Under the pieces are notes generated by a model. That model saw nothing but the letters and a program-made list of their open reading frames with translations, was not told the DNA's origin and made no database searches. Shown here one piece after another: positions 39,231-50,299 of a DNA stretch of 64,000 nt; the stretch's first letter is position 1, and the number at the start of each line of letters is the position of its first letter. The position numbers and the translations under genes are program-made. The stretch spans positions 45,527-109,526 of the forward strand of contig CAWBHS010000007.1 of assembly GCA_963788655.1 (NCBI GenBank), read 5' to 3'. Source of the stretch: an uncultured Verrucomicrobiae bacterium (GTDB taxonomy: Bacteria > Verrucomicrobiota > Verrucomicrobiia > Limisphaerales > JAFGQR01).

Positions 39231-40079
39231 CTAATGGGACGGGTAAATCCCTTCGTCCTCCCGCGGCACAAAGCCGGTGACCTGGAGCGACAAGGATACC
39301 TCGTCCGGTTGTCCGGGAGCATGTTTGAGCATGAGCAGCCGGTCAATGAACAAAGGCGGCTTGCTCGCCGCGGCTTCGGGCAGTCCGGCCGCTTTGAGTT
39401 CCTCGGCCCGCAGGGGCAGGCTGCGCAGAAACCGCGTGACGTTGGTCATGCTGCCGGTCAATTCAAGATCGAGCGGGACGGCAATCAACTTCCGCGTCGA
39501 TTCCGCGCGGGCCGGTTCGGTGCGCCGGGAGGAAACTCGGAGCGCGTGAACCGCGGTGACTTGATTGTCAACGGCCGTGGTCAGCAGGTGATGAAGCAAC
39601 TCGAGCTTGGCCCACAACAGCCAGGGATTCTTGACATCCGCGGTGTGTTCCGGAAACCCAGCCAGAACGGCGGGTTCGAGTTTGACCTTGTGCTTCGCCG
39701 CCAGCCGGCCGAGGTCGTCCATTTCGATCTGGCGTTCATATTGATAATCGACAAGTTGAAACTGCGCCCGCATGCGCGCCTGCACGTCGGCGCTGAGTTG
39801 GAGACGTTGGCCGGCTTGGTGAACGGTGGCTTGCAGCGCGGCCAGCGACTGCTCAGTTTGCTGCAACTGATGGGCAATCGCCGGCGCATCCAGCACCGGC
39901 AGGTTGGTCTTGCCCAGCGCAAAGGCCAGATCCCGGCCGGTCTGTTCCAGCGGTTGGTCCAGCTCGGCGGAGCGGTGTCCCAAGGGCAGGAAGACCAGGA
40001 AATAGTACGCCGCCAATCCCAGGGTGATCAAGGGAATGAGGAACCGGCGGCGGCGTTCGGGAATGCGGAAAAAGATCAT
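39231..40079 (-). CDS. PilO/GspM-like alignment-complex protein
   Basis: N-terminal TM (LAAYYFLVFLPL), coiled coil, ferredoxin-like C-terminus (PLDLELTGSMTNVTRFLRSL..LSLQVTGF); operon position. Confidence 0.7.
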   Translation of the reverse strand: MIFFRIPERRRRFLIPLITLGLAAYYFLVFLPLGHRSAELDQPLEQTGRDLAFALGKTNLPVLDAPAIAHQLQQTEQSLAALQATVHQAGQRLQLSADVQARMRAQFQLVDYQYERQIEMDDLGRLAAKHKVKLEPAVLAGFPEHTADVKNPWLLWAKLELLHHLLTTAVDNQVTAVHALRVSSRRTEPARAESTRKLIAVPLDLELTGSMTNVTRFLRSLPLRAEELKAAGLPEAAASKPPLFIDRLLMLKHAPGQPDEVSLSLQVTGFVPREDEGIYPSH

Positions 40080-40080
40080 G

Positions 40081-41995
40081 CTAACGGGCCGATTCGGGGT
40101 TGAACTCGCTGAACATGTCCGTTGGCGAATTGGCCGCGGGCGACGGGGCCCGGTTGACGGCGTTCCCGGCTCCGCGGCCGGGCCGGGTGGACAGGGGAAT
40201 GGGGTGCCGAAAATCCGGCTCGGCCAGTTCCAGGGCCAGGGCAAAGTGCCGGCCGGGCAACACCACGTTGGTGTCCGCCAGACTGCGCCGCAAATCGCGG
40301 GAAAGGGAATCGACTTTGGCGAACAAGGCATTGGACTTAATTTCGCTGACCAATTGGCTGAAGGTGCGACGCGCTGCGTCCGCGTCCTCGGGAATGCACA
40401 ACTCGGCGATGAATCCCGGCTTGGCCGGATTGGCGTTGGTGGCCGGGCCGGTCAGCGAGGTCAATTGAAAATTGGTGAACAGGGGGGCCGGCGCATTCGT
40501 GGCCGCCGCGGCGGCATTGGTGGCCGGCGCCGTTATGGGCGGGGCCGGCAGCGGCTGGGTGAAATAGGTTTGCTGGTCGGCGAACAGCACATACCAGAAG
40601 CTGCGGTTGCTCCGGGACGTTTCGAGCAAGGCGAGGGTGCGCAGGGTGTCCAAGGTCATTTTCTGGCGGGCAAACAAGGGACGCCAATTGTCATATTGGG
40701 TGATCAATTTGGCGGTGGCCAAATGGTTGTCGCGGGTTTGTTCGAGGCTGGTGCGCGCCTGGTTCAGCAACGCCTCCTTGTGATTCCAGGTCCGCCACTT
40801 TTGCCAGGTGCCGACGGCCAGGAGCAGGAAGATCACGATCACCAGCGCGTAGCTGCCGCAATCGATCCATTGGCGCGTCAACCGCTTTTTCCAGGCGGCG
40901 CGCACGTCGGCCGGCAGGAGGGAAACCCGTTGCGGGATTCGGTGCAGCGCTTGCAGGGCGGTACCGTAGGCCACTTCGTAGCCGCGGGCCGGATGGTCGG
41001 TGGGCGTGACGCCGGTTATGGGCCAGCGTTCAAACGGCAAACGGCTGCGTTCCTGGAGATATTCCAACAAGCCCGGTTGATCGAGGGCGCTGCCGCCGGC
41101 AATGATGCGGAAGCCCGCCAACTTGCGGTTCGCGCCGGCGGAGGACTCGAACCAGTCGTTCAACTGGTGCATCAACTGCGACAACCAGGCGTCCACACGC
41201 GGCAGGAATCCCGGCAGCGCGTCCGATCCGTGGAACAGGTTCTTGGCGCGCTTGAGGGATTCGGCCGCTTCGGGCGAACATTGCTTTTCCTGGGCGATCG
41301 CGCGGGTGAAATAATCGCCGCCGGTGGCGAAGCTGCTGGCCAGCACGCCCTGACCGCCGACGAGAATCACCACGACCGTGTTTTGCGCGCCGCTGTGGAC
41401 CAGGATCGCCTCGCGGGTGTCCGGGCACGTGGCGTGGAATGCCGCGAGCAGGGCATTGGCCGTGGTGGTGACTTCGCACAGTTCCTCGGGCGGCAGGCCC
41501 AGCGTCTCGATATGGCCACGGACTTCGCTCTCCAGGCAGAGCGTTACCCAGAATTGTTGCCGGTTGGCCACCGGTGAACGGAGCTGGATGAAATCGGTAC
41601 AGCAACGCGCTTTCGCTGACGCCGCTGAGCTTCTGGACTTCCGCTTCGATCTGGGAACGGACCTCGGCGTCCGGCACGTTGGGCAGTTCCAGCACCTGCG
41701 AGGTGGAAAGGTGCTGAGGCAGGGTCAGGGCGATGGGCGGCCGGCCCAGGCGGTCCAGAATGCTTTGCAATTGACGGGCGAAGGTGGGGGCGGATTCCGA
41801 CGCTCCCGGCTCCACATCCAACGATTGCTCGGCGAGCACCCGCACCCGGCCAAGCGACGTTTCGACCAACGCCAGTTTGGTGGTGCGGCTGCCAATATCG
41901 AGCGCCAGTACGCGGCGGAACGGCGGTTCCAGCACCCCGTGACTGCGATTGGGGAATGGGGCCGGCGCGTCAGTCTTTGCTGGCTTTCTCATCAT
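40081..41995 (-). CDS. PilM-like actin-fold protein fused to a TM/PilN-like periplasmic part (+1 frameshift at ~41596)
   Basis: VLALDIGSRTTKL, GGDYFTRAIA..EAAESLK, AGGSALDQPGL, YEVAYGTAL, VSLLP then a TM helix. Removing one base at 41596/41597 gives LLYDFIQLRSPVANRQQ, joining the ORFs. Confidence 0.82.
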
Positions 41996-43970
41996 TGTAA
42001 ATGAGGAACTCCCCGGTGTCCGTGAGGATGGTGGCGGTGACAAAAATGAGCAGGTAGCGCGGCTGGTCCACTTCCGTGCGCCGGCGGAACAACGCGCCCA
42101 GCAACGGAATGTCACCCAGGATCGGTACGGATTCGACGAACGTGCTGCGCGAGCGTTCGAGCACCCCGCCCATGACCACAGTGTCGCCCGAGTTCACGAC
42201 GACGCGCGTGGCCAGTTCCTGGGTGCGGTACTGGGGCAGTTTGATGTCGAATTTGCTCTGAACGTTGCCCGACTGATCGAACGAGGTCAGGCTGGCGTAA
42301 GTCTGGACTTGCACGTCCGAGTTGATCTTCGGATTCAGTGCCAGCAGGATGTGTTGACCGTCGCCACTAATGCTGGCGAGCACGTTAAGTTCCGCGCCGG
42401 CAGTGATCTTGGTCGGCTTGCCGGAGGGCACCCAGGAGGAGGACGTGACATATTGTCCGACGGTATTCTGCACCTGGTATTCTTCGTAGTAGTACTGCAC
42501 CTTGCCATCACTGATGGTGGCGGGGCGGTTGTTCAGCACGGTGAGGCGCGGCGCGCTGAGGGTTTGGCTTTCGCCCATCTGCTCGAGCGCGCTGATGGTC
42601 ACGCTCAGGCCGGCGCGCCCGAGCACGTTGGTGAAGGTTTCCTGAAGGCCGATCCCCAGATTGTCGATGTCCTGGCTGTTGACCAGACCGGTGTAATCCT
42701 GCGGCGTGCGGGTGCCGGGCACTTGCCGGCCGGTTTCCCACAACGCCCCCAGCCGCAGAAAGGCGGGTTTGGAAATGGTGATAAAGCGCGACTCGATCAA
42801 CACCTGCTGGATGGGTTGGTCAAACTCCTTGATAATCTGCTCCAGTACTTCCAATTGTTCGGGCGTGCCGCGAGCGACAATCAGATTGTGTTCGTAGTCG
42901 ATCATGTATTTGCCCGTAAACAGATTGGTGATGGCCGTTTCGATGGCGGGTTGGGGCGGCGCATTGTCATTGACGAACTTGTCGAACTGTTCCGTTTCCG
43001 TAATGGTTTGGACTTTGCCCGACACCAATGTTTTTTGGCGGGTAATTTCCGACGTGCCAAATTCGGCGGGCATAACGAAGCCCTTCCGCAAGCGGTAGAA
43101 CCGGGTTTCCTCCATCAGGTTCTTGGTATCCTTGGCATCGACCACCCAAACCAGTTCGGGGCCGATCTGGAATTGGAGTTCATAGTTGCGCCCCAGATAG
43201 CGCAGGAATTCACCGAGCTTGACCTTGTCCAGGTTCACCTGGAGGACTTGTTTGAGCGCCGGCAGCGACTTGTCCGCCACGAAATTGACGCCGGATGATT
43301 GGGTGAGGTGCTGGAGGAGCGCCTCCATGGTGACGTTGTCCAGGTGAATGGTGACCTCCTTGTCGAGCACCTGGGCCATCCGGCCTTTGGCGCTTTCGAA
43401 TTCAAACAGCGGTCCCTTGGCGTAATTGGTCTTGCCGTAACTTTCGGGAATGTAGCGGGAGTTTTCGATTTTTTGCACCGCGTCCCGGATGTCTTTGCGG
43501 GCTGGCAGGCCACGGTCTTTCTTTTCGGTCAACAGACTGCCAATCGTGGGATTGAAGGCCTTGTTGTTCTGGGCGTCAATGTTGCGGATTTCATCTTCGA
43601 GATTCTGTTCGCGCTGCACTTGGCGCTGCTTGGCCACCCAGTCAGCCAGGCGCTGGATGGCCACGTCGTTGGTCGCTTCCTTGGCCAGTTTGTCGGCCTT
43701 GTATTGGGCTTCCTCCCATTCGCTCTTCTTGGCCAGGGCAAAGATCTCCTTGATCTGCGGATCGTACAACGGGTTATACAGCACCTTCGGCGGCGTGTAT
43801 TCGGCGGCGGTGGGCGCGGCGGGGGTGGGTTGAGCGGGTACGGCCTGGGCTGCGGGGTGGGGGTGGGTTGGGGCGCTTTCTCTGGGCTGCTCGACACTGT
43901 AGCAGGCGGCCAGCCATAGCACCGCGGCCACACTGGCCAAGTTCATTAGAAATCGTGTCAGTCTATCCAT
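41970..43970 (-). CDS. Secretin (GspD/PilQ family), probable lipoprotein
   Basis: Lipobox-like LWLAAC; NLIVARGTPEQLE..FDQPIQQVLIESRFI, LSAPRLTVLNNRPATISDG, TVVMGG, VPILGDIPLLGALFR, LLIFVTATIL. Confidence 0.93.
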   Translation of the reverse strand: MDRLTRFLMNLASVAAVLWLAACYSVEQPRESAPTHPHPAAQAVPAQPTPAAPTAAEYTPPKVLYNPLYDPQIKEIFALAKKSEWEEAQYKADKLAKEATNDVAIQRLADWVAKQRQVQREQNLEDEIRNIDAQNNKAFNPTIGSLLTEKKDRGLPARKDIRDAVQKIENSRYIPESYGKTNYAKGPLFEFESAKGRMAQVLDKEVTIHLDNVTMEALLQHLTQSSGVNFVADKSLPALKQVLQVNLDKVKLGEFLRYLGRNYELQFQIGPELVWVVDAKDTKNLMEETRFYRLRKGFVMPAEFGTSEITRQKTLVSGKVQTITETEQFDKFVNDNAPPQPAIETAITNLFTGKYMIDYEHNLIVARGTPEQLEVLEQIIKEFDQPIQQVLIESRFITISKPAFLRLGALWETGRQVPGTRTPQDYTGLVNSQDIDNLGIGLQETFTNVLGRAGLSVTISALEQMGESQTLSAPRLTVLNNRPATISDGKVQYYYEEYQVQNTVGQYVTSSSWVPSGKPTKITAGAELNVLASISGDGQHILLALNPKINSDVQVQTYASLTSFDQSGNVQSKFDIKLPQYRTQELATRVVVNSGDTVVMGGVLERSRSTFVESVPILGDIPLLGALFRRRTEVDQPRYLLIFVTATILTDTGEFLIYNDEKASKD

Positions 43971-44385
43971 AAACGCATGACGTTATCGAGTTCGCGCGGT
44001 TGCACCTGCTGCGGAGATTCGGAAACGCGGCCCGGTGGCTCGCCTCCCGCCGCCGGGTCCACGCTGCCCCCGGACTTCGTTTGCCCGCAACCGGCAGCGA
44101 CTCAGTGGAAAACCACCGTGGCTTGGGCCGGCGCTGGGGGCAAGGTTGTCACAATTGCCCCCGGCAAACAAGCCGGGGTTTTGACCGGCCCAGCTTGCCG
44201 GCCCGGCCAAACCCGCTACGTTGAGCGTGGCAAAACATGTTCCAAAGAGTCGAGCAAAATGAACGGACGATTGAAAACGATTGGCTTTATTTTCGCTTAC
44301 GCCGATACCATGGCGATCATTAAATCGGTTTCTAATGGCGAAGGCCCATACAAATCCGGCCCCGACCGGTGTTAATTGAGTAGAA

Positions 44386-44937
44386 TTGAAGACCGCGCTG
44401 CCAGTGCATTGGTGCGAACGGCTGTATGAAGATCATGCCGCCGAAATGCTCCTCTATGGCCGGGCCCTGGGCCTGAGCCATGGCGAGGCGGAGGACGTGT
44501 TGCACGATACCTTCGCGCGCCTGGTGCAACGGGAGCAGCCACCGGCCCAGCCGCTGGGGTATTGCCTGCGCAGTTTCCGCAACCGGGCGCTGAACTATCG
44601 CCGGGGACTGTGGCGGCGGTTGCGGCGGGAACTCGAGTCGTGCCGGTGGTTCGAGCGGTCTGCGGGCGAAACCCCGGAAGAACGCGCTGCCATGCGGGCG
44701 CTGGCCCGGCTGCCCGCGGAGCAGCGCGAGGTCATTGTGCTGAAAATCTGGCACGAACGGACGTACGAACAGATCGGCGAACTGCTCGAGTTGTCGCCGA
44801 ACACCGCGGCGGGCCGCTACCGCTACGGGATGCAAAAGCTACGAACCATGTTGAATGGAGCCGATTATGAACAACTGGAATCCCTTGGAGACGCAAATGA
44901 AGTCCTGGAAATTGCGGCGCCCCTCCGCTCGACTTAA
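44386..44937 (+). CDS. ECF RNA polymerase sigma factor
   Basis: EAEDVLHDTF..RNRALNYRR (region 2); LARLPAEQREVIVLKIW..TYEQIGELLELSPNTAAGRYRYG (region 4). Start uncertain (TTG 44386 or GTG 44404). Confidence 0.92.
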   Translation: MKTALPVHWCERLYEDHAAEMLLYGRALGLSHGEAEDVLHDTFARLVQREQPPAQPLGYCLRSFRNRALNYRRGLWRRLRRELESCRWFERSAGETPEERAAMRALARLPAEQREVIVLKIWHERTYEQIGELLELSPNTAAGRYRYGMQKLRTMLNGADYEQLESLGDANEVLEIAAPLRST

Positions 44938-45272
44938 GGCGCGGCTGTTTCCCTCACCGGCCGCTATCGCCGAGTGCGATGTTCCATTGCTGGCCGCCCG
45001 TCACTGGCTGGCGCCAGCATTGGGCGTCTGCCTGCTGGCCTTGCTGATGGTCCACAGCAGTTCTTCCCAATGGACCGGCTGGGGCAGCGCCCAATCCAGT
45101 AACCTGCTGGCGACGGTGGCGTTAAACCAACCGCTGCTGGCGCGGTGACTATGCGCCGACGTTGCAGCACGACCGTAATACCTGGCCGAAAGCCAGTTTT
45201 GAATGGACAAACGACAGCCATGCGCTAACAAGTGCGGCTCCGTCAGTCAATATCAGTGATGTCCGACGATAA
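44867..45272 (+). CDS. Putative membrane-anchored anti-sigma factor (+1 frameshift at ~45147)
   Basis: Overlaps the sigma 3' end; LETQMKSWKLRRPSARLKARLF then one TM. Removing one base at 45146/45147 extends the frame (YAPTLQHDRNTWPKASFEWTND..) to a TAA three bases before the next ATG. Confidence 0.65.
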
Positions 45273-45275
45273 CGA

Positions 45276-48200
45276 ATGAACAGCAAGAAACCGAACCAAC
45301 CGTCGCTCCGTTCCGCCGGAGGCGGATCCAAGAAAGAACCCGCCCGGAAAGGGGGGGCGGCCCAGCAGACGCCGGCCGTGACTCCGGCGGCCGTCCCGGC
45401 AACGCCCCGGGTGGTGCCCCCGTTGTTTCACCGCATTGATTGGTTGACCTTCGCGGTCACCACCCTGCTGGTCTTCATCGGTTATGCGTTGACCCTGGCT
45501 CCGGATGTCACCTTGCAGGACTCGGGGGAATTGGCCGTAGCCTCGGTACTACGCGGGCATTCCGCACCCGCCGGGCTACCCGGTCTGGACGATTTATACC
45601 TGGCTGTTCACGCTGCTGCCCATCTCGAACATCGCCTTCCGCGTGGGCCTTTCGTCCGCGGTGGCGGCCGCGTTGGGCTGCGGCATCGTGTCCTTGATCG
45701 TCTCGCGTGGCAGCAGCATGCTGATGGAAGGCATTGCCAGCCTGAAGACCATCAAGGAACAAAACCCGCGCTGGGAAAATGCCATTTGCGTGGTGTCTGG
45801 ATTTGTCGCGGGCATGCTGATTGGATTCAACGGGTTTATGTGGAGTCAGGCGGTGATTGTCGAGGTGTACACGCTCAGCGTGCTGTCACTGGCCGGCGTG
45901 TTGGCATGTTTGCTGCGCTGGATTTATGCGCCGCACCAAAACCGGTACCTGTTTCTCGCCTTCTTCTGGTATGGCATTTGTTTCAACAACCACCAATCCT
46001 TGCTGGTCATCGCCATCGGATTGGAAGTGGCCATTCTGGTTACGCAGGCCAAGCTGGGCCGTGATTTGATCTTCTGGAACGTCATTATATGGGTGGGCGG
46101 CTTGATCGGGAAGCAGATGGGCCTGATCGGCTTTTTAAGTGAGAATGGGCCGCTGCTGTTGATTTACAACCTGATTGGCTTCGCTTCCGTCGTGACGTGG
46201 ATTTGGCTGTTGATCATCACGAAGAAGACCTTGATGGAACTGGGCCGAGACGGCGCCATGATCGCCAGTCTGGCCTACTTGTTGGTGGTATTCGGCACGA
46301 TTACCGGCTACGTCACGGCCTTTTACCGGGGGAACTCGCTGGTGTTGAACACCGGGTCGTTCGTCTTGTTCAACCTGTTCGGCCTGGCCTGCATCGCAGC
46401 CTTTGTCTATTTGGTGCAGCGGACCCGTTTCCAAGGGAACGAGTGGTTGCAATGCCTGGGGTGCGGCGGCACGTGGGCCGTGGGGGCGTCTTTCTATTTC
46501 TACATGCCGCTGGCGGGCATCAGCAATCCGCCGCTGATGTGGGGCTATCCCCGCACCGTGGAAGGCTTCTTCCACGCGTTCACCCGCGGCCAGTACGAAC
46601 GCATTCATCCGACCTTCGGCCAGACCGGTTTCCTCGATGATCTCGGCCGCTTCGTCGGGCAGATTGGCATGTATTGCAGCGGGGTGCTGGAGGAATTCAA
46701 TCTGGTGTACGTGCTCATCGCGTTGCTGCCGTTTGTCTATTACAAGGCCATGCAGAAACGGGAACGCGCCTGGTTGATCGGCGTGACCGCTATTTATCTC
46801 TGCCTGAGCGGCTTTCTGTTGGTGCTGTTGAATCCGTCGCCGGACCGCCAAAGCCGCGACTTGAACAAAGTATTCTTTACCGCGTCGCACGTCATGATCG
46901 CCATGGGCATCGGCTACGGGATAAGCCTGTTGGCGGCCACATTGGTCACGGCGTACCAGCGCTGGCGCGACTGGGCATTGGGGGGCTTCGGCGCGGCCTC
47001 GGCAATCGCCCTGATCGGCGTGGCGTACACCGTCTGGGAAACTCCCAATCCCCTCGAACGGAATACCGCCTATGTCGGTTTGGCGTTGGCGCTGGCGGCA
47101 GTGGCCGTGATCGCGCTGTCGCGGGACCGGGTGAAGTTGAAAGCGCTGTTGGCGGTATTTGCCTTCATGCCGGTGTGGTCGGCCATGTCGCACTGGGAAA
47201 AGAACGAGCAGCACGGGCATCTGTTTGGCTACTGGTTCGGCCACGACATGTTCACGCCGCCCTTCACCGGGCCGGATGGGAAACTGTCTTACGACCAGGA
47301 ATTGCGCGAGAAAATGATGAAGGACCCGGAGAAAGGCAAATTGATCTATCCGGAAATGGATCGCGATACCGTGCTTTATGGCGGCACCGATCCCGGGCGG
47401 TTCAATCCGACCTACATGATCTTTTGCGAAAGCTTTATTCCGCCCAGCAAGAAACCCAACGATCCGGCTTTCAATCGACGGGACGTGTATCTGATCACGC
47501 AGAACGCCCTGGCGGACGGCACCTACCTGGACTATATCCGCGCGCAATACAACCGCAGCGCGCAACGGCGGCTCGAGGAAACCGATCCCAAGTATTACCC
47601 GTTCTTCCAGCAGTTGTTGCGGGGACCGCGGGAACTGGCGTTGAATTCACGCACCAATTTCATTTCCCGAATGATGATTCCCCTCGACAATTTGTTCCTG
47701 TCGCTGGGCGAGCATATCGAGAAGGAACGCCGCGCCGGATCGTCCTACTTCAAGAGCTCCGACTTCCTGGACGTGCAGGCTTTTGCCGCCAAGCTGCGCC
47801 AAGGCGGCCAGACCGATCTGACCCGCTACTTGAGCGCCCGGCTGAGTGAGAAAACGAGGAAACTGATTGATTCGGGCGACGCCAGTGACGGGGCGTTGCG
47901 TTCGGCATTGGCGCGGGATTTGAACCAGTTTCTCGAGCAGGAACTGGACGCGACGCAACAGTTGCCGAAGGACCGGGCGGAGTTGGAAAGCGTGAACACA
48001 CAATTGGCGGGCCTCGAGCAGTCCGCCGCGGGTGGGGCCGACGCGAAGGCCCACGAACCGCAGGTAGCCAAATTGAAAGAGCGCCAGCAAGCCTTGCAAG
48101 AGGAGATCGAAAAGCGGTCGCAGATTACGCCGTTCTACACGACCAACCGGTTCGCCGGGATCAACTTGAAACCCACGACCGTGCTGTTCCTGCAACAGCA

Positions 48201-49683
48201 GCCGCAGCATTCGACCCGCATCCGGTTGAACCGTCTGTTGCTGGAAGAGGCGTTCCCCAAGCTCATCGCCAAGAGTCAGGGCGGCGTGTATCCGGACCGT
48301 GAAATCGAGGCCTGTTCGCCGGAGCAATCGCAAGAGGCCTTCTCGAAGTATCTTGCCGACGCCCAGCGGCGTTTGCGGGAAAACCGCCTCAAGCCCGGGG
48401 AGGACGTGCGCATGATTGACAACCGGGTGCAAGTGTCCGGCCAGGTCGCCGTCATGGCCATCAATGCCCTGATCACCAAGATCATGTTCGAGAACAATCC
48501 CGACCACGAATTTTACGTCGAGGAAAGTTTTCCGCTGGATTGGATGTATCCGCACCTGACGCCCTTTGGCATCATCATGAAAATCAATCGGCAGCCGCTG
48601 AAGGAATTGACCGACGACATTGTGCAGCGCGACCATTATTTCTGGAGCCAGTACTCGAAGCGGCTCATTGGGAATTGGATTACCTACGATACCCCCGTTT
48701 CCAATATTTGCGCGTTTGCCGAGAAAGTGTATATCCGCCGGGATTACAGCGACGCGAACGTTGATCCCCGGTTTGTGCGCGATGATGATGCGCAGAAGGC
48801 CTTTTCCAAACTGCGCAGCTCGATTGCGGGCGTGTACAACTGGCGATATGCCGACGTGTCCAACAAACTCATGGCCATGCAAGCCCGCCCGCCCGCCGAG
48901 CAACAGGCCAACATGGCTGAAATCCAGCGCCTATTGGCCGAGCAGGCCCGCATGCAAAAAGAAGCGGATTTCGCCTTCAAACAGGCCTTCGCCTTCTGCC
49001 CGTACAGTCCGGAAGCCCTGTTCCGTTACGTCACCCTGCTGGTCAACTTGCGTCGTGCTGACGACGCCATGCTACTGGCCAAGACGGCGATCAAACTCGA
49101 TCCGGACAATGGGCAAATCGCCAATCTGATCAACGAGCTTGACCGGATTCGGGGCGGTCAAGCTACCGCGCCGGCTCCGGCTCCAGTAGTGCCGCCGACC
49201 GCCCCACAGATCGCGCACTTGGAGGCGCAATTCGCCAGTAATCCGGCCAATGTCCCCGTAGCGTCGCAACTCATCGAATCCTACTTCCAGCAAAAGCAAA
49301 ACCCTAAAATCCTGGCGGTAGTGGACCGGATCATGTCGGTCACCAACCTCGATCGCAACGCGCTGCTGTACGTGGCCCAAACCTGCAACCGCCTGGGAGA
49401 TATGCACCGCGTGCAACTCGCCCTCGAAAAGTTGGTGGCCCAATCACCGCAAGATCCGGAAGCGTGGTTTGACCTGGCCGGCGTGCAGGTCATCTTGGGT
49501 AACCAGACCCAATCCATCAGTTCCCTGCGCCGGGCGCTGACGGAAAGTGCCCGCCGCCGGGCCACCAATCCGAACGCGCGCAACTTGTTCACTGACGCGA
49601 CCAACGACGCGCGGTTTGCCGCCTTGCGGCAAACCCCCGCCTTCCAAAAGATGCTGACGGAAGTCAAAGCCGCCTCACCGTAG
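45276..49683 (+). CDS. DUF2723 (TMEM260-like, GT-C type) polytopic membrane protein with C-terminal TPR-like region (+1 frameshift at ~45545)
   Basis: YALTLAPDVTLQDSGELAVAS joins, after removing one G, to YYAGIPHPPGYP, the DUF2723 signature; WSQAVIVEVYTL, NNHQSL; C-terminal TPR-like helices (AIKLDPDN, QSPQDPEAWFDLA). Confidence 0.88.
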
Positions 49684-49939
49684 CCGACTCCATTCGGCTG
49701 GACCACGCGTCCGCCGGTATTGCCCAAACTGCCGCGTTCACCGTTACCACGAGCCCGCAATGACCCGAGGTCGGCCTTGGGATCCGCGGGACAGCCGAAA
49801 CGCCGGTCCGATACAGCGGCAGGATCTCTGCACCCGCTAGCCCAATACGTTTCCGTCGGTTTCCAACCCCACTGAATTCACTGAACCGTAACTTGAACGC
49901 TATGTGTTCGTAAAACGGGTGGGGTAATAGATTAGTGAG

Positions 49940-50108
49940 TTTACAGTGGAACATGTTTGTGGATCGCGAGAATTTCTTGAGTGATGTGGCGCCAACTAAT
50001 CAGGCTCTGGCGAATGGTGCTAATGGTTTGTTCCAAGACGAATCTTCCTACTGGTTGCGCAGTTTTTCCAAGGAATGCCAACCATAGACGCAAGCAAACA
50101 TGGGTGCA
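49940..50108 (+). ncRNA. Candidate rod-shaped structured RNA (6S RNA-like architecture)
   Basis: Nested pairings found by eye: 49952-49960/50094-50102, 49972-49979/50069-50076, 49989-50004/50047-50060, 50006-50015/50026-50038, with an 11/17-nt internal bubble. AT-richer than the flanks; followed by a terminator. Confidence 0.4.
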
Positions 50109-50142
50109 GAGGAGAGCCGGCAACGGCTCTCCTCGATCTTTT
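50109..50142 (+). terminator. Rho-independent terminator-like hairpin
   Basis: GAGGAGAGCCG-GCAA-CGGCTCTCCTC, a perfect 11-bp stem with a GNRA loop, followed by GATCTTTT. Confidence 0.7.
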
Positions 50143-50299
50143 GGCCATCCCAAACGGGCGGGAAGGTTGCCCGCGCCAATTGCCAGCTCACAATCCCGGT
50201 CAGGGATGAACGGTTCTCAGGATTTTGTTTGGATTATGAATGGGGGACACGTAGCTTCTCGCCGTCGCGCAACGGGATGCTGAGACCGCAAACCAAGTT

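Noticed and set aside
43971..44385. c-di-GMP or other riboswitch upstream of the secretin; TPP riboswitch upstream of thiD (55650-55790)
   Set aside because: GC-rich hairpins exist, but I could not find the conserved cores of these riboswitches.
49953..50087. 44-codon ORF MFVDRENFLSDVAPTNQ.. as a confident small protein
   Set aside because: No recognisable motif, TM segment or clear RBS, and codon usage differs from neighbouring genes; kept only as an alternative to the ncRNA hypothesis.
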